This document shows, piece by piece, positions 1 through 8,986 of a stretch of 64,000 bases of DNA. The notes under the pieces were generated by a model, which did no database searches, was not told the origin of the DNA, and was given only the letters and a program-made list of their open reading frames with translations. A program made the translations under genes and the position numbers. Each line of letters opens with the position of its first letter. Positions within the stretch are counted from its first letter, which is position 1. The stretch is from Candidatus Parcubacteria bacterium (GTDB lineage Bacteria; Patescibacteriota; Minisyncoccia; UBA9983). The stretch covers positions 1,690 through 65,689 of the forward strand of contig QZIU01000008.1 in assembly GCA_003599625.1 (NCBI GenBank), written 5' to 3'.

Positions 1-1656
1 GGAGAAAAAATGTTCGATGTCGGCGGCATAGGATATTCTTCGAAGGGACACATCGCCTTGGAGGGAAGCCAAGACGCGATCGACCCTCTTAACCACCCTG
101 AACTTCTCATTGCCGGCAAGATCGCCGCTTACTGCGCCAACGCAAAGGTTGTTTATTCCAAGGAGAAAAAAGATTGGGTCGCCAGCGGCGACCCGACAGA
201 AGCGGCCATATATGTTCTGGCGGAAAAGATCGGCTTCAACAAAAAGAATCTTGAAAAGGAATCTTTTTTGATATCCGAGATACCTTTTAATTTCGTTAAT
301 AAATATCACGCCACCCTTCATGTGGAGAAGGGGGGAGATGATTTTTTGACGGTTGTGGGGGCGCCGGAAGTTGTTTTAAAAAAGTCCGCCACTTTCTGGT
401 TCCGGGGAGATCATCTTTATCTGGATGAGAAAAAGAGACGCGAATTCGAAAAAATAATCGAGGATATGTCGATGCAAGGTTTGCGCGTCTTGGCTTTCGC
501 CACCAAAGAAAAGCCGGGGAGGGTCCTCAAAGAAAATAATATCGATAGCTTAAGTTTCGCGGGTTTTTTCGGCATGAAGGACGCCTTGCGACTGGAAGCT
601 TTTAGTTCCATAGAAGAAGCTGCCAAAGCGGGGATCAAAACCGTGATGATCACCGGCGACCATAAAGTGACGGCAAGAGCCATAGCAAAAGAAGCCGGGA
701 TCTTTAAAGAGGGAGATATTGTTTTGACCGGGCAGGAGATCGATGCCATGCCGGAAAAAGATTTCTTGGAAGCAATAGGAAGCACATCCGTCTTTGCCAG
801 AGTCACGCCGCATCATAAGTTGAAGATAGTCGAGGCTTACAAAAAAAGAGGGGAGATTGTCGCCATGACCGGAGACGGAGTTAACGACGCGCCCTCCCTT
901 GTGGCCGCGGACCTGGGTGTCGGGATGGGAAAGATCGGGACGGAGGTGGCGAAGGAGGCGGCCGATATCGTTTTGCTCGACGACAACCTGTCCAGCATCG
1001 TCCGGGCCATAGAAGAAGGCAGGAATATTTACAAAACCATTAAAAAAGTGATACTTTATCTTTTCTCCACCAGTCTTGGAGAAGTTCTGACCTTGGGCGG
1101 AGCGTTGTTCTTCGCCTCTCCTTTGCCAATATTGCCCGCCCAGATCATTTGGCTTAATTTTGTGACGGACGGATTCCTGAATGTCGCTCTGGCGCTGGAG
1201 CCAAGAGAGAAAGGACTGCTTGTCGAAAAATTCAAAAAGCCGGGAAGGTTCATTGTCGATTTTTTAATGATACAAAGAATGTTCACCATGGCCGCGCCCA
1301 TGATGCTTGGAACTTTGATTTTATTTCCGTTTTATGTTTCCGCCGATATGAGAAAAGCTTGGACGGTTTCTCTCACGGTCTTGGCTGTCTTTCAGTGGTT
1401 CAACGCATGGAATTGCCGGAGCGAGACGGAGTCACTCTTCAAATCGAAGTTTTTCGCCAATAAATACCTTGTGGCAGCCACCGGGATAGTGATCTTCCTC
1501 CAACTTCTTGCCGTTTATAACCCGTTTATGCAGAAAATTTTACGCACGGCGCCGCTTGAACTGAAAGATTGGCTGATTATCGTCCCTGTCGCCGCTTCAA
1601 TCATCCTCTTTGAGGAAATCAGAAAGATGTTGCATAGAAAAATGGCAAGAATATAG
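1..1656 (+). CDS. P-type cation-transporting ATPase, 5'-partial (C-terminal N/P domains and TM helices only)
   Basis: Frame is open to nt 1. P-type ATPase hinge motifs MITGDHKVTA and TGDGVNDAPSL(V/K) are present. The C-terminal hydrophobic helices are present. The DKTGT phosphorylation site and A-domain are absent, so the gene is truncated by the window edge. Confidence 0.85.
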   Translation, partial: GEKMFDVGGIGYSSKGHIALEGSQDAIDPLNHPELLIAGKIAAYCANAKVVYSKEKKDWVASGDPTEAAIYVLAEKIGFNKKNLEKESFLISEIPFNFVNKYHATLHVEKGGDDFLTVVGAPEVVLKKSATFWFRGDHLYLDEKKRREFEKIIEDMSMQGLRVLAFATKEKPGRVLKENNIDSLSFAGFFGMKDALRLEAFSSIEEAAKAGIKTVMITGDHKVTARAIAKEAGIFKEGDIVLTGQEIDAMPEKDFLEAIGSTSVFARVTPHHKLKIVEAYKKRGEIVAMTGDGVNDAPSLVAADLGVGMGKIGTEVAKEAADIVLLDDNLSSIVRAIEEGRNIYKTIKKVILYLFSTSLGEVLTLGGALFFASPLPILPAQIIWLNFVTDGFLNVALALEPREKGLLVEKFKKPGRFIVDFLMIQRMFTMAAPMMLGTLILFPFYVSADMRKAWTVSLTVLAVFQWFNAWNCRSETESLFKSKFFANKYLVAATGIVIFLQLLAVYNPFMQKILRTAPLELKDWLIIVPVAASIILFEEIRKMLHRKMARI

Positions 1657-1659
1657 AAA

Positions 1660-1687
1660 AATTTTCAATTTTCAATTTTCAATTTTC
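1660..1687. repeat. Perfect tandem heptamer (aattttc)x4, 28 nt, intergenic
   Basis: Direct reading of the sequence. The same 28-nt tract recurs at 27321-27348 and as a reverse complement at 25951-25978. Confidence 0.9.
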
Positions 1688-1722
1688 AATAAATTTTCAA
1701 TGAATCAATTTTATCGCCAATC

Positions 1723-2490
1723 GTGACAGCATTTATGAGCGAAATCATCAACATAATCTATCAAGACAACGACATCATAGCCGTCAACAAACCGGCGGGG
1801 ATGACAGTTCATAAAGTTCAAGGTTATAAGGTTCATAAAGAAGGAGAGGCCTTTTTAACAGACTTGCTTGTTGAAAATTTCCCCGAAGTGAAAGAGGTGG
1901 GCGATGAGCCCGAGCTGAGGCCGGGTATCGTCCATCGCTTGGACAAAGAAACTTCCGGAGTCCTTCTGATTGCCAGAAACCAAAAAGCTTTTGAATATCT
2001 TAAATCCCTTTTTCAGCAAAAAGAAATAATAAAAAAGTACGTTGTCTTGGTGGTAGGGGATTTAAAACAAGAAAAAGGAGTCATAGACCTGCCTATAGGG
2101 AGAAGCAGAAGCGATTTTCGCAAAAAATTGGCTTCCGCCGAGGCTAAAGGGGAATTAAGAGAAGCGGTCACCGAGTATCGCGTTATAGAAAGATTTTCCG
2201 GAAAAAATGAGTTTTCGGATAAAGTGAATCTTTACACCCTTGCCGAAGCTTATCCAAAAACCGGTCGAACCCATCAAATAAGAGCGCATTTCAAGGCCAT
2301 TGGCCATCCCGTCGTCTGCGATTTTTTATATGGCGGCAAAAAACCGATTTGTCCGTTCGGCTTGTCCAGGCACTTTTTACACGCTAATTTTTTAGAATTC
2401 ACAACACCCGGAGGGATCAGGCTTAAGTTGGAGGCCGATCTTCCCGAGGATTTAAGAAAAGCGCTGGAGGGATTGCGGAAAAATAAATAA
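1723..2490 (+). CDS. RluA-family pseudouridine synthase
   Basis: Catalytic-Asp motif HRLDKETSGVLLIARN and the RTHQIRAHF motif typical of the RluA/RluD family. Confidence 0.85.
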   Translation: MTAFMSEIINIIYQDNDIIAVNKPAGMTVHKVQGYKVHKEGEAFLTDLLVENFPEVKEVGDEPELRPGIVHRLDKETSGVLLIARNQKAFEYLKSLFQQKEIIKKYVVLVVGDLKQEKGVIDLPIGRSRSDFRKKLASAEAKGELREAVTEYRVIERFSGKNEFSDKVNLYTLAEAYPKTGRTHQIRAHFKAIGHPVVCDFLYGGKKPICPFGLSRHFLHANFLEFTTPGGIRLKLEADLPEDLRKALEGLRKNK

Positions 2491-2508
2491 TATGTTAGAT
2501 TCTTATCT

Positions 2509-2913
2509 ATGACAGTAAACATGGAACAGAGGAAAAAATGGGATGTTTCTCCCGGCAATACCGTCAAAGTCTGGCAAAAGATCAAAGAAGGAGACAAATT
2601 CAGATTGCAGGCTTTTGAGGGCCTTGTGATTGCCCATAAGCACGGCTTTGAACCGGGCGCCACTTTTACCGTAAGAAAGATCTCTAGCGGTATCGGCGTG
2701 GAAAGAATTTTCCCGGTATTTTCTCCAGCCATTGAAAAAATAGACGTAACGAAGACCGCCAAAACCAGGAAGTCCAAACTTTACTACGTAAGAACAAAAG
2801 CCGCTAAGGAAATAAGAAGGAAAATGAAAACGTTGAAGGTCGCCGCTAAAAAGGAATCTCCCGCGGCCGCGGAAGCGCCGAAGGAAACCGAGAAGGCGGA
2901 AGAGGGGAAGTAG
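2509..2913 (+). CDS. rplS: 50S ribosomal protein L19
   Basis: 134 aa. L19-like GDxV...KLYYVR core and a Lys/Ala-rich C-terminal extension. Confidence 0.8.
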   Translation: MTVNMEQRKKWDVSPGNTVKVWQKIKEGDKFRLQAFEGLVIAHKHGFEPGATFTVRKISSGIGVERIFPVFSPAIEKIDVTKTAKTRKSKLYYVRTKAAKEIRRKMKTLKVAAKKESPAAAEAPKETEKAEEGK

Positions 2914-2939
2914 AGAATTAAGAATCAAGAATTAAAATA

Positions 2940-2967
2940 CCCGGCAATACTTGCGGGTATTTTTAAA
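2940..2967 (+). terminator. Rho-independent terminator after rplS
   Basis: Hairpin acccgcaagtattgccgggt is followed by a T-run. Confidence 0.5.
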
Positions 2968-2990
2968 TTATAGCTGGCTACGCAATTGCG

Positions 2991-3030
2991 GAAAAGTTGT
3001 GGATAACTCAGCCAACCCGGCGGGTTGAAA
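2991..3030 (+). repeat. REP-like element copy 1 (TGTGGATAACTCAGCCAACCCGGCGGGTTG)
   Basis: Same ~45-nt family as 14609, 15096, 16702(rc) and 20725. Contains a perfect DnaA-box-like nonamer (rc TTATCCACA) and a 15-nt palindrome. Confidence 0.7.
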
Positions 3031-3094
3031 AGGGGTTAGAAGCGGCTTGAAAGCGAGAAAAAACTTAGGCATAATAAGAACGCACCACAAAATT

Positions 3095-3177
3095 GCGCGG
3101 GTGGCGAAATGGCAGACGCACTACCTTGAGGTGGTAGCGCCCTTACGGGCATGGAGGTTCAAGTCCTCTCCCGCGCA
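3095..3177 (+). tRNA. tRNA-Leu (anticodon GAG), long variable arm
   Basis: Manual cloverleaf: 7-bp acceptor stem gcgcggg/cccgcgc, anticodon stem ctacc/ggtag with loop ttGAGgt, long variable arm, T-arm ggagg-ttcaagt-cctct. Confidence 0.8.
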
Positions 3178-3191
3178 TTTCTTATTTTTAT

Positions 3192-3266
3192 GGTGGCTAT
3201 AGTTTAGTGGTAAAACTCCGCTCTGTGAAAGCGGTATCGAGAGTTCGATTCTCTCTAGCCACCCCA
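3192..3266 (+). tRNA. tRNA-His (anticodon GTG) with encoded G-1 and CCA
   Basis: Extra 5' G before the acceptor stem gtggcta/tagccac, anticodon loop ctGTGaa, and CCA encoded at 3264-3266. Confidence 0.8.
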
Positions 3267-3268
3267 TC

Positions 3269-3337
3269 GGGTTGTAGTACCAGCCTACCGGCAGGCAGGT
3301 ACCGGTAGTACGCACGTTTCGGGGTTCTCAATTTTCT
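3269..3337 (+). pseudogene. Degenerate partial copy of the tRNA-Pro 5' half, interrupted by an 18-nt GC palindrome
   Basis: gtagta...ggtagtacgcacgtttcgggg mirrors the D-arm/anticodon-arm sequence of the downstream tRNA-Pro but cannot fold as a tRNA. The palindrome cctaccggcaggcagg is inserted. Confidence 0.35.
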
Positions 3338-3408
3338 CGGGGTGTAGTATATCGGTAGTACGCACGCTTCGGGTGCGTGAAGGCCGAGTTCAATTCTCGG
3401 CACCCCGA
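3338..3408 (+). tRNA. tRNA-Pro (anticodon CGG)
   Basis: Acceptor stem cggggtg/caccccg, anticodon stem cacgc/gcgtg with loop ttCGGgt, T-arm ggccgagttcaattctcggc. Confidence 0.8.
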
Positions 3409-3439
3409 GAAAGTTGAGAACGGGAATGCCATACGGCAT

Positions 3440-3500
3440 TCCCCGGGAATCTTGATAAAAGATTCGTGTAGACCGGGTTCGATTCCCGGCAGCCCGACCA
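3440..3500 (+). other. tRNA-like 3' fragment (anticodon-like arm with a 9-nt loop containing GAT, canonical T-arm, acceptor 3' strand plus CCA) lacking a matching 5' acceptor strand
   Basis: T-arm ccggg-ttcgatt-cccgg followed by cagcccg-a-cca. No upstream cgggctg partner is present, and a 9-bp hairpin gggaatgcc/ggcattccc sits where a D-arm would be. Confidence 0.3.
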
Positions 3501-3571
3501 TTGACTTCTTAATCCGACCGTGTATTATATTCTCATAAGCCCGGGAAGGGGCTTTTTTAAGAAGCAAAAGA

Positions 3572-3754
3572 ATGTCAAAACTGACAAATTACATAAAAGA
3601 GACGAAAGTCGAACTCAAGTCCGTTAATTGGCCTACGAAAAAGCAGGCTTTAAACTATACTTTGTTGGTGATAGGCGCTTCCGTGGCCGTCGCCGCTTTC
3701 CTTGGCGTATTTGACATGCTATTTGCTTATTTATTGGGAAAATTCATAATATAA
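3572..3754 (+). CDS. secE: Preprotein translocase subunit SecE
   Basis: 60-aa single-TM protein immediately upstream of nusG. This conserved secE-nusG-rplK synteny plus the SecE-like C-terminal TM helix support the call. Confidence 0.75.
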   Translation: MSKLTNYIKETKVELKSVNWPTKKQALNYTLLVIGASVAVAAFLGVFDMLFAYLLGKFII

Positions 3755-3758
3755 AACC

Positions 3759-4304
3759 ATGTCGAAACAAAAAGTCCAAGCCGGAAGAAACTGGTATGCC
3801 GTCCATACTTATGCCGGCTATGAAGATGCCGTGGTTAGAAATCTCAAGCAAAGAATGGAATCCTTGGGAATGGAAGACGTTATCTTCAATGCCATAGTTC
3901 CGACAGAGAAAAAAATAAAGATACAAGGAGGGAAGCGAAAGGTTGTAGAAGAAAAAATATATCCGGGCTACGTGCTGGTGGACATGGTCGTTACGGACAA
4001 TTCCTGGTACGTCGTGCGGAATACTCCCAGGGTGACGGGATTCGTCGGCGCGGGCACCACGCCGGTGCCGCTGGAGAAAAAAGAAATCGACTTTCTTTTC
4101 GAGAGAATGGGCATGGCGGAGCCGAAGTATAAGATGGATATCAAGGCGGGGGATGTTGTGAAGATAAACGACGGACCGTTCAAGGATTTTGAGGGAAGCG
4201 TCAGCGAGATAGACGAAGAAAGAGGCAAGATCAAAATTTTGGTTTCAATGTTCGGTAGGGAAACGCCGGTAGAAATAGATTATTTGCAAGTCAAAAAGAT
4301 TTAG
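3759..4304 (+). CDS. nusG: Transcription termination/antitermination factor NusG
   Basis: NGN domain (WYAVHTYAGYE) plus a C-terminal KOW motif (GDVVKINDGPFKDFEGSV). Confidence 0.9.
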   Translation: MSKQKVQAGRNWYAVHTYAGYEDAVVRNLKQRMESLGMEDVIFNAIVPTEKKIKIQGGKRKVVEEKIYPGYVLVDMVVTDNSWYVVRNTPRVTGFVGAGTTPVPLEKKEIDFLFERMGMAEPKYKMDIKAGDVVKINDGPFKDFEGSVSEIDEERGKIKILVSMFGRETPVEIDYLQVKKI

Positions 4305-4383
4305 ATTAAAGTTGTAGGAATTAGGCGTAGTGCTTGATTTTAATTCCTAAGAAGCTAACTCCTAATTCCTAAAAAGCTAACAT

Positions 4384-4809
4384 ATGGCAAAAAAAATAAA
4401 AACAATAGTAAAATTGCAGATTCCGGCCGGTAAGGCGACCCCGGCTCCTCCGATCGGTCCGGCCTTGGGCCAACACGGAGTCAATATCGGTGAATTCGTC
4501 AGCAAGTTCAACGAAGCGACGAGAGAGAAAGGAACCGATGTTATTCCGGTTGAGATTTCAATTTACGATGATCGGACTTTTTCATTCAAAATGAAGACTC
4601 CTCCGGCTTCCGACCTGTTGAGAAAAGCCGTCGGTGTTGAGAAAGGTTCCGGCAAGAATGTGGCGAGCAAGGTTGGAAAGATCACAAGGGAAAAACTCAG
4701 AGAAATAGCGGAAAGAAAAATGGAAGACCTCAACGCGAACGATGTGGAAGCCGCGATGAATATAATAGCGGGTACGGCCAGAAGCATGGGAGTCGTGATT
4801 GAGAAATAA
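4384..4809 (+). CDS. rplK: 50S ribosomal protein L11
   Basis: [26 protein letters not shown] is the L11 signature. Confidence 0.9.
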   Translation: MAKKIKTIVKLQIPAGKATPAPPIGPALGQHGVNIGEFVSKFNEATREKGTDVIPVEISIYDDRTFSFKMKTPPASDLLRKAVGVEKGSGKNVASKVGKITREKLREIAERKMEDLNANDVEAAMNIIAGTARSMGVVIEK

Positions 4810-4820
4810 AGAATTAATCA

Positions 4821-4858
4821 AAAGCCATCATTCGAAAGATTTGATGGCTTTTGTTGTG
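4821..4858 (+). terminator. Rho-independent terminator after rplK
   Basis: 9-bp stem aagccatca/tgatggctt followed by a T-rich tail. Confidence 0.55.
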
Positions 4859-5201
4859 TTTGAGAATAAAGTGCTTTATCATTAAAGCAAATAGGACCTT
4901 ATTTTATTTCTGTACTTTAAATGCGAAAGGGGAATATATGCGTTGGAATGAAGGATTTAAATTGAGTTCTTTTTATTGCATTGGCAAGGTAACTCATGAT
5001 GGCGCGGGAAAACCGGTTGGTGTAAACAAAAACACCGGACTGCCCAAAATGCCGAGAGGTTATCTGAAGGGGATCTCCGATTTTTTCAAGCGGAAACAGG
5101 GGATTGAAACCGAAAAAAACAAGTGCGGCATTGCGGAAGCCATAGAAAATTTAAGTATTCCGTCCACGAATCTCAACTCTTACGGCATACCCGTTAAATA
5201 G
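4851..5201 (+). CDS. Hypothetical protein (occupies the position where rplA is usually found)
   Basis: ORF only, no recognisable motif. The real start is probably the internal Met near 4938. Confidence 0.25.
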   Translation: MLCLRIKCFIIKANRTLFYFCTLNAKGEYMRWNEGFKLSSFYCIGKVTHDGAGKPVGVNKNTGLPKMPRGYLKGISDFFKRKQGIETEKNKCGIAEAIENLSIPSTNLNSYGIPVK

Positions 5202-5254
5202 TTATTTATTATTTTTTTGCTTCTTTATGATCGGCCACGGGAGGATGGCCGATT

Positions 5255-6280
5255 TTATTTTACTTGAATCGTCTCTTTCGCCGCCGCTTTTATCTTTTCT
5301 TCCAATTCTTGGATCAATTTGGGATTTTCTGCTAGGTGCGTTTTGGCGTTGTCGTATCCGCGGCCGAGACTTTGGCCGTCGTAGGAGTAGGAAGCGCCCG
5401 CTTTCTTTATGATCTCATATTTTTCGCCCAAGTTTAAAATATCGCCGGTATAAGAAATTCCCTCGTTAAAAATGATGTCAAACTCGGCGGTTCTGAAGGG
5501 GGCTGCCACTTTATTTTTCACAATCTTTACTTTTACGCGGTTGCCGATAACATCTTCTCCTTTCTTGATCTGCGCCGCTCTTCTGACCTCAATTCTTACC
5601 GAACAATAAAATTTAAGAGCTTTTCCTCCGGGGGTGGTTTCCGGATTACCGAACATAATGCCGATCTGCATTCTGATCTGATTGATGAAGATAACGACGG
5701 TTTTTGATTTGGCGGTAATTGCCGTCAGTTTTCTGAGGGCTTGGGACATCAGCCGGGCCTGCAATCCGACATGGGATTGGCCCATTTCTCCTTCGATCTC
5801 GGCTTTAGGGGTAAGCGCGGCCACCGAATCGATAACAACGACATCGATACTGCCGGAGCGAACAAGGCTTTCCGTGATCTCCAAAGCCTGTTCTCCCGTG
5901 TCAGGTTGTGAGACGAGCAGGTCGTCGATCTTGACGCCAAGTTTTTTGGCATACTCCGGATCTAGGGCGTGTTCAGCATCGATGAAGGCGCAGACCCCGC
6001 CTTTTTTCTGGGCCTGAGCTATAGCGGTCAAGGCCAAAGTTGTCTTGCCGGAAGATTCCGGACCGTAAACCTCAATGATCCTGCCTCGCGGCAAACCGCC
6101 GACTCCAAGCGCCATATCAAGACTTAGGGAGCCGGAAGGTATGACATCAACATCAACCTTGGGTGTTTCGCCAAGCTTCATTATGGATCCGTCGCCGAAT
6201 TTGCTCTTGATATCGCGAAGAGCATTCTCAATGCCTGTGTCCCTGCCCTTCGATTCTTTTGGTTCTTTTTTTGAAATCAT
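5255..6280 (-). CDS. recA: Recombinase RecA
   Basis: Walker [14 protein letters not shown]1/L2 loop regions, and overall RecA-like sequence across 341 aa. Confidence 0.95.
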   Translation of the reverse strand: MISKKEPKESKGRDTGIENALRDIKSKFGDGSIMKLGETPKVDVDVIPSGSLSLDMALGVGGLPRGRIIEVYGPESSGKTTLALTAIAQAQKKGGVCAFIDAEHALDPEYAKKLGVKIDDLLVSQPDTGEQALEITESLVRSGSIDVVVIDSVAALTPKAEIEGEMGQSHVGLQARLMSQALRKLTAITAKSKTVVIFINQIRMQIGIMFGNPETTPGGKALKFYCSVRIEVRRAAQIKKGEDVIGNRVKVKIVKNKVAAPFRTAEFDIIFNEGISYTGDILNLGEKYEIIKKAGASYSYDGQSLGRGYDNAKTHLAENPKLIQELEEKIKAAAKETIQVK

Positions 6281-6281
6281 G

Positions 6282-6632
6282 TTATTTATATACCAACTCC
6301 AGTATCTCCTTTACCTGTCTGCCGAATTTATCCATGCCTGACACCTCTATTATATTGTAGCCGGAGGCAAGGAGCAAATTTCCTTTAAAATTTCCGTCCT
6401 TGTCGGTAAAAATTTGTCGCCCGTTGAGAAACACGCTGGATACATTCAGCGCCTTTCCTGTAATTTCCGTGTATGATTTTTTTACTCCTTCGCCGCTCCT
6501 GGGGGATTCGATTATTATCTTCGGCCCCTCGAGAAAAGCCTTGGCTTTGTAAAGCCCGTAGGCGCCGAAAGAGAACAGCAAAAGAGCGATGATACCGGCG
6601 CTGGTTAAAATTTTTGTTTTTTGCAAAGTCAT
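6282..6632 (-). CDS. Hypothetical membrane-anchored protein, co-transcribed upstream of recA
   Basis: N-terminal signal-anchor helix. There is a 1-nt gap to the recA start. Confidence 0.4.
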   Translation of the reverse strand: MTLQKTKILTSAGIIALLLFSFGAYGLYKAKAFLEGPKIIIESPRSGEGVKKSYTEITGKALNVSSVFLNGRQIFTDKDGNFKGNLLLASGYNIIEVSGMDKFGRQVKEILELVYK

Positions 6633-6659
6633 TTTATTAAAGCTCTTTTTAAATTCTAA

Positions 6660-8891
6660 TTAAACTTGCTCTTCCTTTGACCCCGCTTCTCCCAGTAACT
6701 TATCCGCTTCCGCTTCCAGCGCGGCGCTTTCCGGATTCTCATTGCCAATAAGCACTTGTCTCGCTTTGGCGCCGTCTCCCTGGCTTATCACCCCGCGCTC
6801 CTCGAGCATGTCTATCAGCCGGGCGGCCCTGGCATAGCCGATCTTCAGCTTCCTTTGCAGGAATGACGTGGAAGCTTTGCCTGTCTCGATCACAGTTTCT
6901 CTCGCTTCCTCGTACATATCGTCGTCCATGTCATCTGCCGCTTCATCAAAGTTGATTTGGAGAGCTTGGGTCGAACCGTTGGCCGCCTGTTCGGTGGCCA
7001 GGCTTAGGTCTTCAAAGTCCACATTCTTGTACTTGTCGGCCAGATAGTTGACTACATTCTTGACTTCTTTCTCGGAAATATACGGGCCCTGGATCCTTCT
7101 CGGTTTGGCTGTATCTCCGGCCAGGAAGAGCATATCGCCGTGGCCGAGCAACTTTTCCGCCCCTGCCATATCGAGGATCGTCCTGGAGTCTATCTGAGAA
7201 GCCACCTGAAGAGCCACTCTGCTGGTGATGTTGGCTTTTATCAGACCGGTGATTACTTCAACGGACGGCCTTTGTGTTGAAAGAACAAGGTGAATGCCCA
7301 CCGCTCTCGACATTTGCGCAAGTCTTACTATGGAAGCCTCCACCTCCCTCGGGTAGGTGCTCATCAAGTCGGCCAACTCGTCGATTATGACCACAAGGTA
7401 AGGCATGGGCGGGTTGTTTTCCTTCTTTTCTTTGTGATATGAATGAATATCTCTGACGCCGGCCGTCATCAGGGTGTCATATCTTCTTTCCATTTCCTTT
7501 GTCAGCCATTTAAGCGTAAGAATCGCTTTTTTGGTGTCTATTATCGCGGGGGTTAGCATATGAGGAATACTATTGTATACGGTAAGCTCCACGCGTTTTG
7601 GATCTATCATGATGAACCTCAGATTTTCGGGAGAGTTACGATAGAGCAAACTCACAATAAAAGCATGAATATAAATGGACTTGCCGCTGCCCGTAGCTCC
7701 GGCCACGAGAAGGTGAGGCATCTTGGCGACATTGGAATATATCGGCTTGCCCGCCACATCCCGTCCAAGAGCCACAAGAAGCGGATCCGGTTTCTTGTAT
7801 CCTTCGTCGGCAAACAAGCTTGCCAACCCGATTATCGTCTTGGAGCTGTTTGGAATCTCAATGCCGACCAAAGATCTCCCGGGGATAGGGGCTTCTATTC
7901 TTAAGGGGTGAGCCGCAAGAGCAAGGGACAGATCGTTTTGCAAAGCAAGAATTCGGGAAAGTTTGATCCCTTCGGCGGGCTTCAGCGTGTATTGAGTAAC
8001 GGAAGGACCGATATTTATTTCCCCCAGTTCAACCTCGATGCCAAAGTTCTGAAGAGTTCTTTTGATTATGTTGGCATTGGCTTTGATGTCGCCGCTCGAA
8101 GGCTTGCCCTTGTCTCCCTCAAGAAGGCTCAATGGGGGCATCTCGAAATCCATTTTTTGTTTTCTGGCGCTTCCGACATAGGAATCGGTCTTCAGGTCGG
8201 GGAGCTCTTCCTCTTCCTTTTCGGCGGCCTTTTTCGGCAGAGCGTTTTTTATCTTTTCCGTCAGTTTTTCTTTTATGGACGACCCCGCCTTTTCTTTCTT
8301 CTCTTCCGCTTCGGCCGTTTCTTCGTCTGATTCTTCGATCTCATCCTCATCCTCGTTATCCCTGACGCTTCGCTTGAAACTCAACTTAAGCGGCATGTTG
8401 AGCATCACTAATATGGAAACGAGACAGATGCCTATAAGGATGATGAGACTCAGAGAGAGGTCGAAGAATTTGAGCAGAGGATAAGAAACAAAATAGCCGA
8501 CATAGCCGCCTCCGCTTATGCCCCATACGGAACCTATCGCGCCAAGCGAGCTGATCAGAAAAATCGAACCGCCGATGATGGTATGAGAAACAATGCTCGG
8601 GCGAAGCGAGTATATAAAGGACACTGCCGCAAAGAGCAAAACTATCGGCGCCAGAAATGACCCGTTTCCAAAAAGAGCGGTGAATATTTTATTTATGAAG
8701 TCTCCGGCCGGACCCGCTTTGTCCAGATAAGACAAAATAAAAACAGCCGCCGCGACAAGAGAAATGATCCCCAGGATCGAATGCTTGGTCTCTCGCTTCA
8801 ATTCCCCGAAGAGTTTATTGACGGGTTGTTCTTTTTTGTGGACAGCGGCCTTAGGCGTTTCCTTCTTTTTTTCTTTTCTAACTTTTTTCAC
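6660..8891 (-). CDS. ftsK: DNA translocase FtsK/SpoIIIE
   Basis: N-terminal TM helices, Walker A GATGSGKS, and a C-terminal gamma/winged-helix domain (QRKLKIGYARAARLIDMLEERGVI). Confidence 0.9.
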   Translation of the reverse strand: MKKVRKEKKKETPKAAVHKKEQPVNKLFGELKRETKHSILGIISLVAAAVFILSYLDKAGPAGDFINKIFTALFGNGSFLAPIVLLFAAVSFIYSLRPSIVSHTIIGGSIFLISSLGAIGSVWGISGGGYVGYFVSYPLLKFFDLSLSLIILIGICLVSILVMLNMPLKLSFKRSVRDNEDEDEIEESDEETAEAEEKKEKAGSSIKEKLTEKIKNALPKKAAEKEEEELPDLKTDSYVGSARKQKMDFEMPPLSLLEGDKGKPSSGDIKANANIIKRTLQNFGIEVELGEINIGPSVTQYTLKPAEGIKLSRILALQNDLSLALAAHPLRIEAPIPGRSLVGIEIPNSSKTIIGLASLFADEGYKKPDPLLVALGRDVAGKPIYSNVAKMPHLLVAGATGSGKSIYIHAFIVSLLYRNSPENLRFIMIDPKRVELTVYNSIPHMLTPAIIDTKKAILTLKWLTKEMERRYDTLMTAGVRDIHSYHKEKKENNPPMPYLVVIIDELADLMSTYPREVEASIVRLAQMSRAVGIHLVLSTQRPSVEVITGLIKANITSRVALQVASQIDSRTILDMAGAEKLLGHGDMLFLAGDTAKPRRIQGPYISEKEVKNVVNYLADKYKNVDFEDLSLATEQAANGSTQALQINFDEAADDMDDDMYEEARETVIETGKASTSFLQRKLKIGYARAARLIDMLEERGVISQGDGAKARQVLIGNENPESAALEAEADKLLGEAGSKEEQV

Positions 8892-8986
8892 AAGTTAATT
8901 ATACTTCCTATTTTCAGCAAACTCAAAAGGAAAAATCATTGAATTGATTTTTTTAGAATGTCCGTTAAAATGTCTCTAATGCAAAA

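Noticed and set aside
1-12. GGAG-N6-ATG at the very start of the window as a genuine RBS/start for the ATPase
   Set aside because: The protein beginning at that ATG would lack the DKTGT phosphorylation site, A-domain and first TM helices. The frame is open to nt 1, so the gene is truncated by the window.
417-816. Antisense ORFs inside the ATPase gene (and similar shadow ORFs, e.g. 2274-2928, 5682-6017, 7560-8484, 10617-11005, 12646-13062)
   Set aside because: They lie entirely within or antisense to well-supported genes with strong motif evidence. They have low-complexity composition and are shadow ORFs.
3421-3500. Calling the tRNA-like 3' segment a complete tRNA-Ile(GAT)
   Set aside because: No 5' acceptor strand complementary to cagcccg. 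The D-arm is replaced by a 9-bp hairpin, and the anticodon loop would be 9 nt. Kept only as a tRNA-like fragment.
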